DNA of 63,019 nt, the filler included, from Lenisia limosa (lineage: Eukaryota; Protista; Breviatea): NCBI GenBank assembly GCA_001655205.1. It is 12 parts of 12 records of this genome, joined end to end, with 100 filler letters (N's around TTAATTAATTAA, not from the genome) between each part and the next. Parts side by side here need not be neighbours in the genome. Positions count along the whole stretch, not along the records: positions 38,484 to 42,149 come from LPNZ01011487.1; positions 42,250 to 45,389 come from LPNZ01009184.1; positions 45,490 to 48,574 come from LPNZ01003620.1; positions 48,675 to 50,334 come from LPNZ01008100.1; 8 more parts are not named here. One strand, written 5' to 3'. Position numbers and translations under genes: made by a program. Positions 38,495 to 50,434 of this stretch are shown here, in pieces (positions within the stretch are counted from its first letter, which is position 1; the number at the start of each line of letters is the position of its first letter). A model generated the notes under the pieces. It did no database searches. It was not told the origin of the DNA and was given only the letters and a program-made list of their open reading frames with translations.

Positions 38495-41220
38495 GACACC
38501 ACTTACGGTTCTGTTCTTAACCTGTCGTCGGAGAACAATCTGCAGCAAGCAGCACAAGTGGGGGTTACACTCCTCAGATCATTGTTCTCACACACACATA
38601 AATATATATTGCAGCATATGTGGAGGTAAACGATTTGTGGGGAGGACCTTTCTCATTTCCTGATTTCCTTCAATTGGCTTTTTTGTTTCATAAATTCAAA
38701 TTTTACTNNNNNNNNNNNNNNNNNNNNNNNNNNNNNNNNNNNNNNNNNNNNNNNNNNNNNNNNNNNNNNNNNNNNNNNNNNNNNNNNNNNNNNNNNNNNN
38801 NNNNNNNNNNNNNNNNNNNNNNNNNNNNNNNNNNNNNNNNNNNNNNNNNNNNNNNNNNNNNNNNNNNNNNNNNNCAAGTCCGCCGACCCCCAGGTATTTT
38901 CGGGTTTATTATTGTTGAAAAGGAATTTTCGGGTATTTAACATTTATTTTTATTTTTCGGGGCTCACTTTATTGTTTCATAGTTTCTAATTTCACCCCCT
39001 CCCCCCAGGACCCCCTTAACTTCTTGTACAAGTCCCTTGGTACCTCCATCAAGAAGGTTGATCCTGAGAGGTTGGTGTGTGTGTGATTGTAAAAGTAGTC
39101 TGTATCGGTTTTCCGTGGGGCTTGCCTCGGTTGAGAATTATTATTGGTATTTAATTTGTTTCTTTCATTTTTCGAGCCCCCCCCTCTCTCTCTCTCTCTC
39201 TCTTTAAATATTTTCATCTTACTGATTTTGGGCTTCTTTGTTCTTTTTGTTGGTGTTTCATTTTTTCCAATTTTACCCCCCCCCCCCNNNNNNNNNNNNN
39301 NNNNNNNNNNNNNNNNNNNNNNNNNNNNNNNNNNNNNNNNNNNNNNNNNNNNNNNNNNNNNNNNNNNNNNNNNNNNNNNNNNNNNNNNNNNNNNNNNNNN
39401 NNNNNNNNNNNNNNNNNNNNNNNNNNNNNNNNNNNNNNNNNNNNNNNNNNNNNNNNNNNNNNNNNNNNNNNNNNNNNNNNNNNNNNNNNNNNNNNNNNNN
39501 NNNNNNNNNNNNNNNNNNNNNNNNNNNNNNNNNNNNNNNNNNNNNNNNNNNNNNNNNGATATAATACGTATATTCGTATAATATTACTTGAAGATAATCC
39601 CCCACAATCAGTATCACCTTAACTCCCCAGGAAATGAACGAGGCCTTCAAGCCCCACGAGAACAAAACTCGTCAAATGCTCTGGCACGGCACGGGATCAG
39701 GCAACCTCTACAGCATCCTCGCCACCGGACTCAAGGCTTCCCCTGCGTACGCCCATATCTCAGGTCTGGGGTATTTATATCATATTCTATATGATATANN
39801 NNNNNNNNACCCTTTTGTGTTTCCCAAATGCAAGCCAAAAGAGCAGAGTTGATTTAGGGTTTTTGCTTCATTTCATTCAACAGCCAACAGATTTTTGGGC
39901 TTTTTGTTTGATAATAATGTCCAATTTTACCCCCCCCCCCCCNNNNNNNNNNNNNNNNNNNNNNNNNNNNNNNNNNNNNNNNNNNNNNNNNNNNNNNNNN
40001 NNNNNNNNNNNNNNNNNNNNNNNNNNNNNNNNNNNNNNNNNNNNNNNNNNNNNNNNNNNNNNNNNNNNNNNNNNNNNNNNNNNNNNNNNNNNNNNNNNNN
40101 NNNNNNNNNNNNNNNNNNNNNNNNNNNNNNNNNNNNNNNNACTTACATCCTGGCTTGTGACGCTGCCATCGGCAACGTTAAAACCGTAGGCGGTTTATTG
40201 GGATTCTAGCATGATAGCGAGGTTGCTAAGACTGTGGGTCAGAGTGATTGGCCTTATTTTGTTGGAGTTCCAGATTATTCGGTTCGTTATTAGTACCTTT
40301 TTACGCCAATATTCTTCATCGAAATTTTCTTCGTTTTACGTNNNNNNNNNNNNNNNNNNNNNNNNNNNNNNNNNNNNNNNNNNNNNNNNNNNNNNNNNNN
40401 NNNNNNNNNNNNNNNNNNNNNNNNNNNNNNNNNNNNNNNNNNNNNNNNNNNNNNNNNNNNNNNNNNNNNNNNNNNNNNNNNNNNNNNNNNNNNNNNNNNN
40501 NNNNNNNNNCTATTGGCCGCGAGTGCCCCGATCCAAATGAGGTTGGGGGGTTAGCAATGAGAAATACAAAATAAGTTGATTTGGGCTCTTTTTTGTTTTG
40601 TTATAAATTGTCCAATTAGTTGATTTGGGCTTTTTTTGTTTCAAATATTTTCCCAATTATGCTCCCCCTCCCCCAGAAGGCCTACTTCTGGAACGGCGCC
40701 TTCGGGCTGCCTGGCAAGAGAATGCCCAACCCCGAGAACGATGACAACGCCGACGGTTACGCCCTCCAGATGAACGAGTACATTGTGTAAGAGGGGGGGT
40801 ACTGGGTGTGTGTGTACATATTATACTGTGTTTTATAGTTGTAAATTTTAGTATGGCTATTTGCATTGTGTGTGTGGGGTATACGTATCATGGTATTGGT
40901 GCATAGTGTGCATTATATCTGTGCGGGTAGGGTATTTACATGCTAGTATGGAAGTATCATCGAATTACGTATGATTAGGGCTTACCTTCGGTCCCAAAAA
41001 GACCATCAAAATTGCGAGGAGTGAAAAGCCGTACATATCGATGTACTATATCTTCTGGGGGGGGGGGGNNNNNNNNNNNNNNNNNNNNNNNNNNNNNNNN
41101 NNNNNNNNNNNNNNNNNNNNNNNNNNNNNNNNNNNNNNNNNNNNNNNNNNNNNNNNNNNNNNNNNNNNNNNNNNNNNNNNNNNNNNNNNNNNNNNNNNNN
41201 NNNNNNNNNNNNNNNTCGAA
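38495..41220 (+). CDS. Poly(ADP-ribose) polymerase, PARP1/2/3-like catalytic region (partial; some exons in gaps)
   Basis: DPLNFLYKSLGTSIKKVDPE (39009-39070), RQMLWHGTGSGNLYSILATGLKASPAYAHIS (~39630-39763; catalytic His motif), YILACDAAIG (40141-40185), IGRECPDPNE, GYALQMNEYIV (40677-40786; catalytic Glu motif). The GIYFA (Tyr) exon is not visible. Confidence 0.88.
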
Positions 41221-41519
41221 GTAGGCCCTTCACACTCCTCTGTCCTTTTTGTTTATAGTTTTAAATATATTATCCTCGACTCTTACTCTTGGCGGGGGTT
41301 CTTTGTGTGATTTGACGGCGCAGACACTCGTTTATTTAAAGCTACTGACCGCGATGGCGTGACAGCTTGAGCTTTTTAGGTAACCGCACCCAATACCAAC
41401 ATCATATCACTTATCGCGCCATCGTCACTCTATCCTAACCGAGGTCTAGAGTTGGGAGATTATGAGTAAATCTACACATATATTACATATATTGACAAAA
41501 AACAACAGCAACAGAGGCC

Positions 41520-42149
41520 TTATTTGATCCAGATGTAATGGATGGTGTTGGATGCGTAGCCTTCAACAGTAGAATAATCGTCGCATTCCCATCTGACAGG
41601 AACCCCGATTCCTACGTTCCAATGGTAGTTGGCTGACTGCAATCGTTAGAGTTCCGTGCAAGATAAAAGTTGGCAATTTCACAAGTTGTAATAATTGAAG
41701 AAAATGACAAATTTGTTGGTAAGCTTCGTGTAATTAGTTTAAATAATTGGCAACATTAAAGTCTAACAATTGAAAATATACCCAAATGATCAATAAAAAA
41801 ACCAGGGTTTCACTCAGTTCCAATGGCTGATTCTCGATAAATCATAGATATATTTCGATAGTTTGCCAATCATTTTTCGGACTGAAGTAAGGCCTAAATA
41901 TAGGCTTCACTTCGACTCGAAAAAAGACTGAATTTCTCGATAAATCCTCGAAAACCATCGATATTTTTTAGTTATGGCTTATTAGGGCTCCATGAAATTG
42001 GCTTACGTAATTTCTTGATAGATAGGGCTTCCTCCGATCCAGCTTATTAGTTCAGCAGACCTTATAAAACGTATGATGGTTCAAAAGTGGCAGGGCAAGA
42101 GCGTAACCAGTGGCAGCTGCAGGGAGGTTGGTGGTGTGGTCACTGTACG
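41520..42149 (-). CDS. 3' end of a second fibrinogen-like (YCDxxxxGGGW-type) family member
   Basis: Phase-compatible exons YSDHTTNLPAAATGYALALPLLNHHTFYK (42061-42149) and SANYHWNVGIGVPVRWECDDYSTVEGYASNTIHYIWIK* (41520-41636) align with the C-terminus of the 6773-9477 protein. Confidence 0.7.
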
Positions 42150-42892
42150 NNNNNNNNNNNNNNNNNNNNNNNNNNNNNNNNNNNNNNNNNNNNTTAATTA
42201 ATTAANNNNNNNNNNNNNNNNNNNNNNNNNNNNNNNNNNNNNNNNNNNNGCCGTATCCGGCATGGCATGTACAGGTGTAGGACCCGACTGTGTTCCCGCC
42301 TGAAATGGATAAGGGGGGGGGATTTATGAAACAAAAAAAAATAGCCCAAAATTAACTCTGTTGGCTGACAACAAAGGGCTGAAAACAAACAAAAAAAAAG
42401 CACAGGCCAGTCGGTTTTGCACCGCATCCCATAGCAAAATTGGAAAATTGATTTGTTATTATATATACTAAGTAGGTAGGGCAAAAAATATCAGTTATCT
42501 TGGAAGTAGGGATACTAAGCCCAAGTCTGGGAAGAAAATTTGTGTGTTATTTTATTAGCATGCTAGGTAACATTATTACGTTATAAGGTAGTGGGGTAAT
42601 AAGAGAATTGATTGATCTCTTATATGTATGTACGGTGTAAGAGTCGAATAAACAGTCCGATGACAAGGGTTCACTTCGTTTCAAAAAAGACCAGTGAAAT
42701 ATGGATAGTTTTCGAAGATTTATCGAGAAATTCAGTCTATTGTCGAAGCGCAGTTGAGCCCTAATGACGACCCCCACAATATGTCATAACTAATGCTTCC
42801 CTACGGTCCCACAAAAAGACTGATTATCTCGATAAATCCTCGAAAAACATTGATATTTTACAGGTCTTTTTCTGACTGCAGGGAAAGCCCTA
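41803..42892. mobile_element. Cluster of family A MITE copies (41803-41895, 41900-41968, 42665-42763, 42791-42892; spans a contig spacer)
   Basis: Shared core TTTCTCGATAAATCCTCGAAAACTATCGATATTTT and TIR remnants. Other full or partial copies near 3042-3115, 15399-15464, 29065-29160, 37750-37843, 40976-41005, 44345-44435, 47639-47741, 48485-48520, 58227-58323, 58576-58642, 59803-59882. Confidence 0.8.
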
Positions 42893-44310
42893 CTCCTACC
42901 CTATAGCACAACAGCCCCTCCCCTCCCCCAATAATTTGGAGAAAAATAACAGGTACAATATCCCCTCTCCCACAATCTGAGTTTGCAGGGCAGCTGTGAG
43001 TCCCCTCCGAGCACTCGTCTATGTCCGAACAGGTCACGCCTTGATTCTCTATGTTGCCAGCATAGGGATCGGAGTATCCAGCGGGGCATGCATGGCAGCT
43101 GGGTGGAGGAGGGGGAGTAAAATGAAGGAAATTGTGATGAAGAATATTGGCGTGTTACTAATCACGAGCCGAATAATCTGTAACTCCAATCAAAAGTTTA
43201 AATGGAGTATTTATGAAAACATAAAAACCCAAATCAGGGGGGGGGGGATGGAGCNNNNNNNNNNNNNNNNNNNNNNNNNNNNNNNNNNNNNNNNNNNTGA
43301 AACAAAAAAAAAAGGCCACAATCAACACTGTTGGCAATTGGAGGATAATTATGATGAAGAATATTGGGTTATGAGGGTAGGGTAAAAAGTTATGACGTGT
43401 TGGAGTGGAATGAACATTAAAAACAAAAAAGGCCACAATCAACTCTGATGGCTTGGGGGGAAATACATTTGGGTTGGGGGCAAAATAGCAACAAACATTC
43501 CCCAGCCCTACTGTGCCACTCCTGCCATAGGAGTGGAGCATTTGGCGTCTTCGAAGCAACCCTTNNNNNNNNNNNNNNNNNNNNNNNNNNNNNNNNNNNN
43601 NNNNNNNNNNNNNNNNNNNNNNNNNNNNNNNNNNNNNNNNNNNNNNNNNNNNNNNNNNNNNNNGGAGGTTGGTAGCAACAAAACAAATAAAGCCCAGGCT
43701 AGTCGCTTCTGCAGCAATTATGAGGTTATGGTGGGTGGTGGTATGAAAATCCCCATCCCCTCCGAACAGACATATATCATCTATTACACATATAGCAATG
43801 AGAAATTAAAAACAATGTTGTATCTGGCCGTAGCAGTCATACAAATTACTACACAAGGTTGTATCTGTGCCAAACAAATTATTACACCACACACACACAC
43901 ACACACAAAATATATATTATATGATATGATATATATCGATATTTCATAACATTAAAAAATATAATAGCACACACACAAACAAAACGTATAAAAAATTAAT
44001 AATACAACTTTCAATTTGTCACAACAAAACGTATTATACTGGCACAACAACTCCCTGACAGACACACCCAAACAACTTATTATCCCCCCACCCCTCTTTT
44101 CACCAATACCTAAAATAATTCCCCCATTTTAACATAATACTGGCACAACAACTCCCTGACAGACACAATCATAACCCTAACCCCACCGTCGCGCCCAAAG
44201 ATCTCCAGCGCAACCACGTGCATAGTGTTTGGCGAACGGCTGTTGTTGGTTGACAGTCTAATGACCTTGGCTCTTTGTCCAATCTACAGAGAATGACGTT
44301 GCAATTAGGT
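42250..44310 (-). CDS. Extracellular protein with calcium-binding EGF repeat and a possible galactose-binding/F5-8-like module (partial)
   Basis: Spliced DIDECSEGTHSCPANSD|CGNTVGSYTCTCHAGYG is a canonical cbEGF. Upstream CHACPAGYSDP..GVTCS and IGQRAKVIRLSTNNSRSPNTMHVVALEIFG (~44190-44285). Confidence 0.8.
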
Positions 44311-45734
44311 GAGGGTAAGAGGGATAATTATATATCATTGGCACTAGGGCTTCACTTCGGTTTGAAAACAGTCTGAATTTTTCGATAAATCCTCATAAAC
44401 TATCGATATTTTCCCGAACCAAAATGAAGACTTAACTCTTTGTCCAATCTACAGGTCCAGTTAGGGCTTCGAAAAAGACCGATAAAACATNNNNNNNNNN
44501 NNNNNNNNNNNNNNNNNNNNNNNNNNNNNNNNNNNNNNNNNNNNNNNNNNNNNNNNNNNNNNNNNNNNNNNNNNNNNNNNNNNNNNNNNNNNNNNNNNNN
44601 NNNNNNNNNNNNNNNNNNNNNNNNNNNNNNNNNNNNNNNNNNNNTCATTAACCCCCCTCGAAAAGTTATTATGTATAAAATATGTATATAGCAATGAGAT
44701 AAAAAAAAAAAAGGCTGTATCTGGCCGAAGTGGTACACACCATCACACTTATGAGATATATTGGATTATAGAATAATCTTAATTCACCCAATCATTGAAA
44801 GAAAGACTATAGTGATTAGGATATTATAATAAAATATAGCTACATTATACATTAGAAATTATATAAAAGTGAATATGCATGATTTGCAATTATTCTATCT
44901 AATTAGATATATCATAATATATCTATTGTATATCGATATACATATATTACAAATTTATATTATATAAATATGTTGCAACGATACCCCCCCCCCCNNNNNN
45001 NNNNNNNNNNNNNNNNNNNNNNNNNNNNNNNNNNNNNNNNNNNNNNNNNNNNNNNNNNNNNNNNNNNNNNNNNNNNNNNNNNNNNNNNNNNNNNNNNNNN
45101 NNNNNNNNNNNNNNNNNNNNNNNNNNNNNNNNNNNNNNNNNNNNNNNNNNNNNNNNNNNNNNNNNCACTGGAGAATTAATGAAACACAAATATTTTGCCA
45201 TGTTACCTGTAATGATCCTATCAATATTCCCATATTCCCATCATTTTCCCGTTTTTACTCCAAAATGTTCACCTTTATATTAATATTCCCATATTTCTAC
45301 ATTTTTGTCACACTCATTCCCAATTGTGTCCACGATTTCTCATCAATATTCCCATTTCCCTGATACAGGAAAGCGCCGTACAAGCCTCCNNNNNNNNNNN
45401 NNNNNNNNNNNNNNNNNNNNNNNNNNNNNNNNNTTAATTAATTAANNNNNNNNNNNNNNNNNNNNNNNNNNNNNNNNNNNNNNNNNNNNTCACGTTTATA
45501 TCAGATATAATCATATAGTATATATATATATCATATATAAATATATATAAAGTATATATATATGTTTATCAATTCACTACCTCCCCAGCATCCCACAAGG
45601 ATTCGAATTAGTAATAGCTAAGTTGTTCATCTGACCCATACCAATAACACTGAATTTCTCTGTGATATCTCTATGCTCTTCTACAGGTATTAAGCTAAAT
45701 ACCTAACACCTGACCTTCATAGCCACCGTTTCAG

Positions 45735-48472
45735 CTACCCGACCCCCAACCGCTATCTGGACGGATGCGATGCGCCACTCCACACGCAGCAGAGCAGGCT
45801 CCGAGACCAGTTCTATGACATTTCTGAGCGACGTGAGCCGCTAGGATTGACTTTTACAAATGATGTAATTGCAGTTATCATTGCTATTGTTGTTATTCGT
45901 TTTGTTTCATCTTATTCATTTTACCTTTTTCTAACAAACTCAGGACCGTGCGTGTGCCTCCCCTATTCAGCACTCTATTGACCCCCCTTCAAGGTTGGAA
46001 TTGGAGTTTCACTGCGTTCCAAAGGGACCGACCGATAAAATATCGATATTTATCGAAGATTTTTCGGGAAATTCCGTCTTTTTTTGGAAAGCCCTATTTG
46101 GAATCGGTTCTTATGAAGGACAAAATCTAGAAAAAAGAAAGAAGATCGTCCGTTTTAATCTGCTGTTTTTAAAATATTTTCATGTTGGTAAAGGCTTCAC
46201 TTCGGTTCGTAAAAAGACTGAAATTCCTGATAAATACTCGAAAACCATCGATTTCAGTGTTCTTTTTCGACGTGAAACGCTACATGTTGGTCTTTATCCA
46301 CAATTAGATCGTCGTCTGTCTCCTCCTTTGTTTCAGCCCAAATGCCTGAGGAAGAAGTGGGGGGGTTGACTGTTCCCTTTTCTGAATGTCAGTAGCCCGC
46401 TCCCCTCTCCATATATGCATAGTCTTGTAATAAGATGGGAGAAAGTTATTCAGCTTTTTGCATTACTAATTCCATTTTCTTTTTACTTTTTCAAAAAATC
46501 TCTTCTGCCACCTTACATCTGCTGATCTGATCTTGTCATAATTTGGCAATCATACGTTACTAATGCCCCCAGGTTTCTCCTGCAGTTGAGGTGGCAAAAA
46601 AGCCTTTCCATCGCACAACAAAATGTAGGCGAACCCTCGATTGGGAGTTGTGGTAACAATAATCGTATATATTATCAGATATTGTATACTCTTAATGATA
46701 TTCTGCTCTATAATATAGTCTACCTGTATTATATTAAACTTAAAAAATTAAATATGACCTTGAAGAAGCGACATGAGTTGTAAAAACTGCTTTCTGCATG
46801 TCCCTAACTCATCATATTCATAGTTGTATAGAGAACAGAGAGATGAGAAATCACAACATAGTTGTATCTGGGTCAAACTGACTTCTTAGCTCCATGGCCT
46901 CAAACCCGACTGTCTGGATCGTCATCAGCTTGTCTTGTATGGGGGGGGGGGGGGNNNNNNNNNNNNNNNNNNNNNNNNNNNNNNNNNNNNNNNNNNNNNN
47001 NNNNNNNNNNNNNNNNNNNNNNNNNNNNNNNNNNNNNNNNNNNNNNNNNNNNNNNNNNNNNNNNNNNNNNNNNNNNNNNNNNNNNNNNNNNNNNNNNNNN
47101 NNNNNNNNNNNNNNNNNNNNNNNNNNNNNNNNNNNNNNNNNNNNNNNNNNNNNNNNNNNNNNNNNNNNNNNNNCGACATTAGAAATATAGAGAAACAAAT
47201 ATATTCATAGGGATACTACTATAAGACAAATCGCCATTCACTTATTGATGAAAGGACACGCGGTTAAAAAGCAGGATATGTATAATAAAAGAATCCTTAA
47301 CCAGTTTCATCACGCTACACCCCATAACCGCCCACCAGGCCCCGGATCCTCCCGTACGCGAGCCTCATTTCACTCCCCCTCCGCCAAAATCCGAATTCAT
47401 CCCTCCTGGAGCCCAGGGTGAGAGGGTGCTTCTCTTATTACACTTGTTCCCTCTTTTTACACGTGTTCCACCACCATATACTTGTACCCCCTCTTATTTC
47501 GGGTTCTGTCTTCTCTACAATGCTGTCCTTCTCTTCATCGTATTTGAAATGGTGTCCTCATTTGGTACTAATCGAGTCTTTCTATTTCTCTCACCATATC
47601 AGAAGCAGTGTCTCTAATATGTCCCTCTCCCTATTATATAGAGCTTCATTTTCGGTCCAAAAGACATGTACAATATCGACATTTCTCGATATATCGATCT
47701 ATTGAGGATTCGGACTTTTTCGAACCTCAAGTGAAGCTCTTATATTAAGATTTTACTATAATTCAATATCTCTAATAGCATAATGGTGTGGATCAGATAC
47801 AACCTTGTTATTTCTCATTGCTATATATAATGATACCTGTACGCATTCTCATATCCCCTCAGCGCCCGCCCCTATCCATTCCGACTCCACTGCCACTAAA
47901 GAGCAAAATCAGTCCTACTTCAGCTTTTCGCCCTTCAACAACATGGGCGGTAGGTTCTTTATTACAAAGAGGGGAAGTCGGGGGCTGGATTGTGTCACAT
48001 TGGTAATCTAGGAAGAGAGGAGGGTATCTTGTCATATATTTTGATCAGGTGGTTAAATCATTTTTTCAACAATAAAAGATGATGTAGTATCATTTGTACA
48101 GCATATATAGCCGCATTTTTTGCAACTCCTAACTCATTACCCAGGCCACTTCACTCCAGTAGACTCCATGCTCAGCGCGTTCTCCCCTCCCACCCAAGGA
48201 GTATGCTGGGAGGGGGGTAGACTTTTAGAACTTTAACACCAAACCAATATATTCTTTATATTTTTTGATATGATGATCTATCTCTCGCATCTTTCAATTA
48301 TTTTGTATAACGATGCATACTCATTCGCTACCTTTTTTACCATCTTGCTACATATTTTGGAGGGGTGCATTTTTGAATTGAGCACTTGCTCACGCTATAG
48401 ACCTCTCCTGCCCCCTCGTCTAAGTTCCGTTACCCTGTCCCCGCAGCCGAGGTGGGTTCATTGCGAAATTAT
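45735..48472 (+). CDS. Multi-exon Pro-rich protein of unknown function
   Basis: GT-AG exons such as VSPAVEVAKKPFHRTTKCRRTLDWEL, GPDPPVREPHFTPPPPKSEFIPPGAQG, RPPLSIPTPLPLKSKISPTSAFRP. Confidence 0.4.
46002..46096. mobile_element. hAT-type MITE family A
   Basis: Family A core; TSD GTTGGAAT/TTTGGAAT (7/8). Confidence 0.8.
46189..46282. mobile_element. hAT-type MITE family A
   Basis: Perfect TSD CATGTTGG (46181-46188 / 46283-46290). Confidence 0.9.
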
Positions 48473-50434
48473 TTGATGTACTGATAGGGCTTCACTTTGG
48501 TTCGAAAAATACCGGTGAAATTCCAATTTCATGTGCACCGGAGTGATGGGATGCAGAAGCGACTGGCCTGGGCTNNNNNNNNNNNNNNNNNNNNNNNNNN
48601 NNNNNNNNNNNNNNNNNNTTAATTAATTAANNNNNNNNNNNNNNNNNNNNNNNNNNNNNNNNNNNNNNNNNNNNATTGCATGAAGGAGGGTACATATTCC
48701 GAGGGTTCTTTTTTGGTTTTGATTGAAGGGGGAGAGGGAATTTCCCGATAAATCCTCGATAAATATCGATACTTAGACGCTTTTTTTAACCACTCCAGGA
48801 AAGAGACGACAAAAAGAAGGTTCGCGCCCTTTTGCTTCTTACCAAGAACGTCATTGAAGGGAAGACTTAAATTCCTGTTTAGTTTATTAGTAGAACGGTT
48901 TCTTGTTTTGAGTTTCATATTTGGATCATATTATTGTTTTTCTTGCTATTCTGATATTCTGGGAGAACAGTTGTGTGCACAGAGTTGTAAGACAAATGAT
49001 TACCATTATTCCAATATTCCAATATCTCTTATTTATAAGCATGATGTGGACGGCTTCGGCCAGCCAACCTTTCAGCAACAATTCAGCAACTATTTTTTAT
49101 TTCTTATTGTCATATCAACTGACCGGCCCTGGGGGATGAGATGGTTGCTAATGGTTCTTGGCTTGTACCATGAAAAATACGTTTTTTCGTCTTTTTTGGA
49201 AAAAAAAATGTGAAAAAACTGTCTCAAACGAACATCTCAGTACTGCAAGATAAGCCCAGGGAGGAGCAGAACAAAACATCATTCAACTCCAACCTCTCAC
49301 ACAGTCTCCACGTCTCCACTGTGTTTTCAGGGAGTAAATAAAGCGAAAAAAGCCAGAAACACTTTTACTGGTTGATCTCCCGCTCCCAAGCCCAAGGTGA
49401 GAGGGAAAGACACTGTCCTCTCACCTTAAGGTGATCTCGGAAATAGAAATAGCTTGGAGGAGGACTATAGGAACATCTATACTCCTCCAAGATTTTTCAT
49501 TTCTCATTTCTACATGTTATAAACGTGAGTGATGTGGCTTCGGTCAGATACTCCCTTGTTTTATTCCTCATTCTTAGGAGAGTTATGTGATGTGAGAAAA
49601 TTATAACTATACATATTCATCATCATTTCATCATATATTTTTGCGAGCGATACTACTAGCCTCATTTTCACATATTACTACTTGCCTCATTTCTACTTTT
49701 TTTTACTGAAACATAAATCCTCATAAACCCTTGATATTTCCTCGATAATTCCTAGAGTATATGATATAATCTCCATAAATCCTCTGTATCTATACATTTC
49801 GATTTTTTACAAACGAAAAAAATGTTTCAAAAAAAACATTTTTTTTATCATTTTCTATCGTTTTATTTTTCAGAGGTGATGGGGTTGCTAAGCTGGCTGT
49901 GGGGCCCCGACACTCCCCATGATAATATTGACGAAAATGCACTTGAGAATGAGGGTGCTCTTATGCTCATTTCTGACCCAAAAATCGTGGGGGGGGGGGG
50001 GGNNNNNNNNNNNNNNNNNNNNNNNNNNNNNNNNNNNNNNNNNNNNNNNNNNNNNNNNNNNNNNNNNNNNNNNNNNNNNNNNNNNNNNNNNNNNNNNNNN
50101 NNNNNNNNNNNNNNNNNNNNNNNNNNNNNNNNNNNTAACATAAAGCAAAACTTTGCTATTCAACCTTTTTTATTTCTCATCCCTGGATACATAGTATACT
50201 ATAATTGATATTTATGATATGATATAATAAATATGATAATCTGTATCATATATCATATTCTGCTTTCTGATTTAGTATATAAGTGGCCGAGTTTGGCCTT
50301 GACCGCGTATTTGGCCTTGACCGCGTATCTGGCCNNNNNNNNNNNNNNNNNNNNNNNNNNNNNNNNNNNNNNNNNNNNTTAATTAATTAANNNNNNNNNN
50401 NNNNNNNNNNNNNNNNNNNNNNNNNNNNNNNNNN

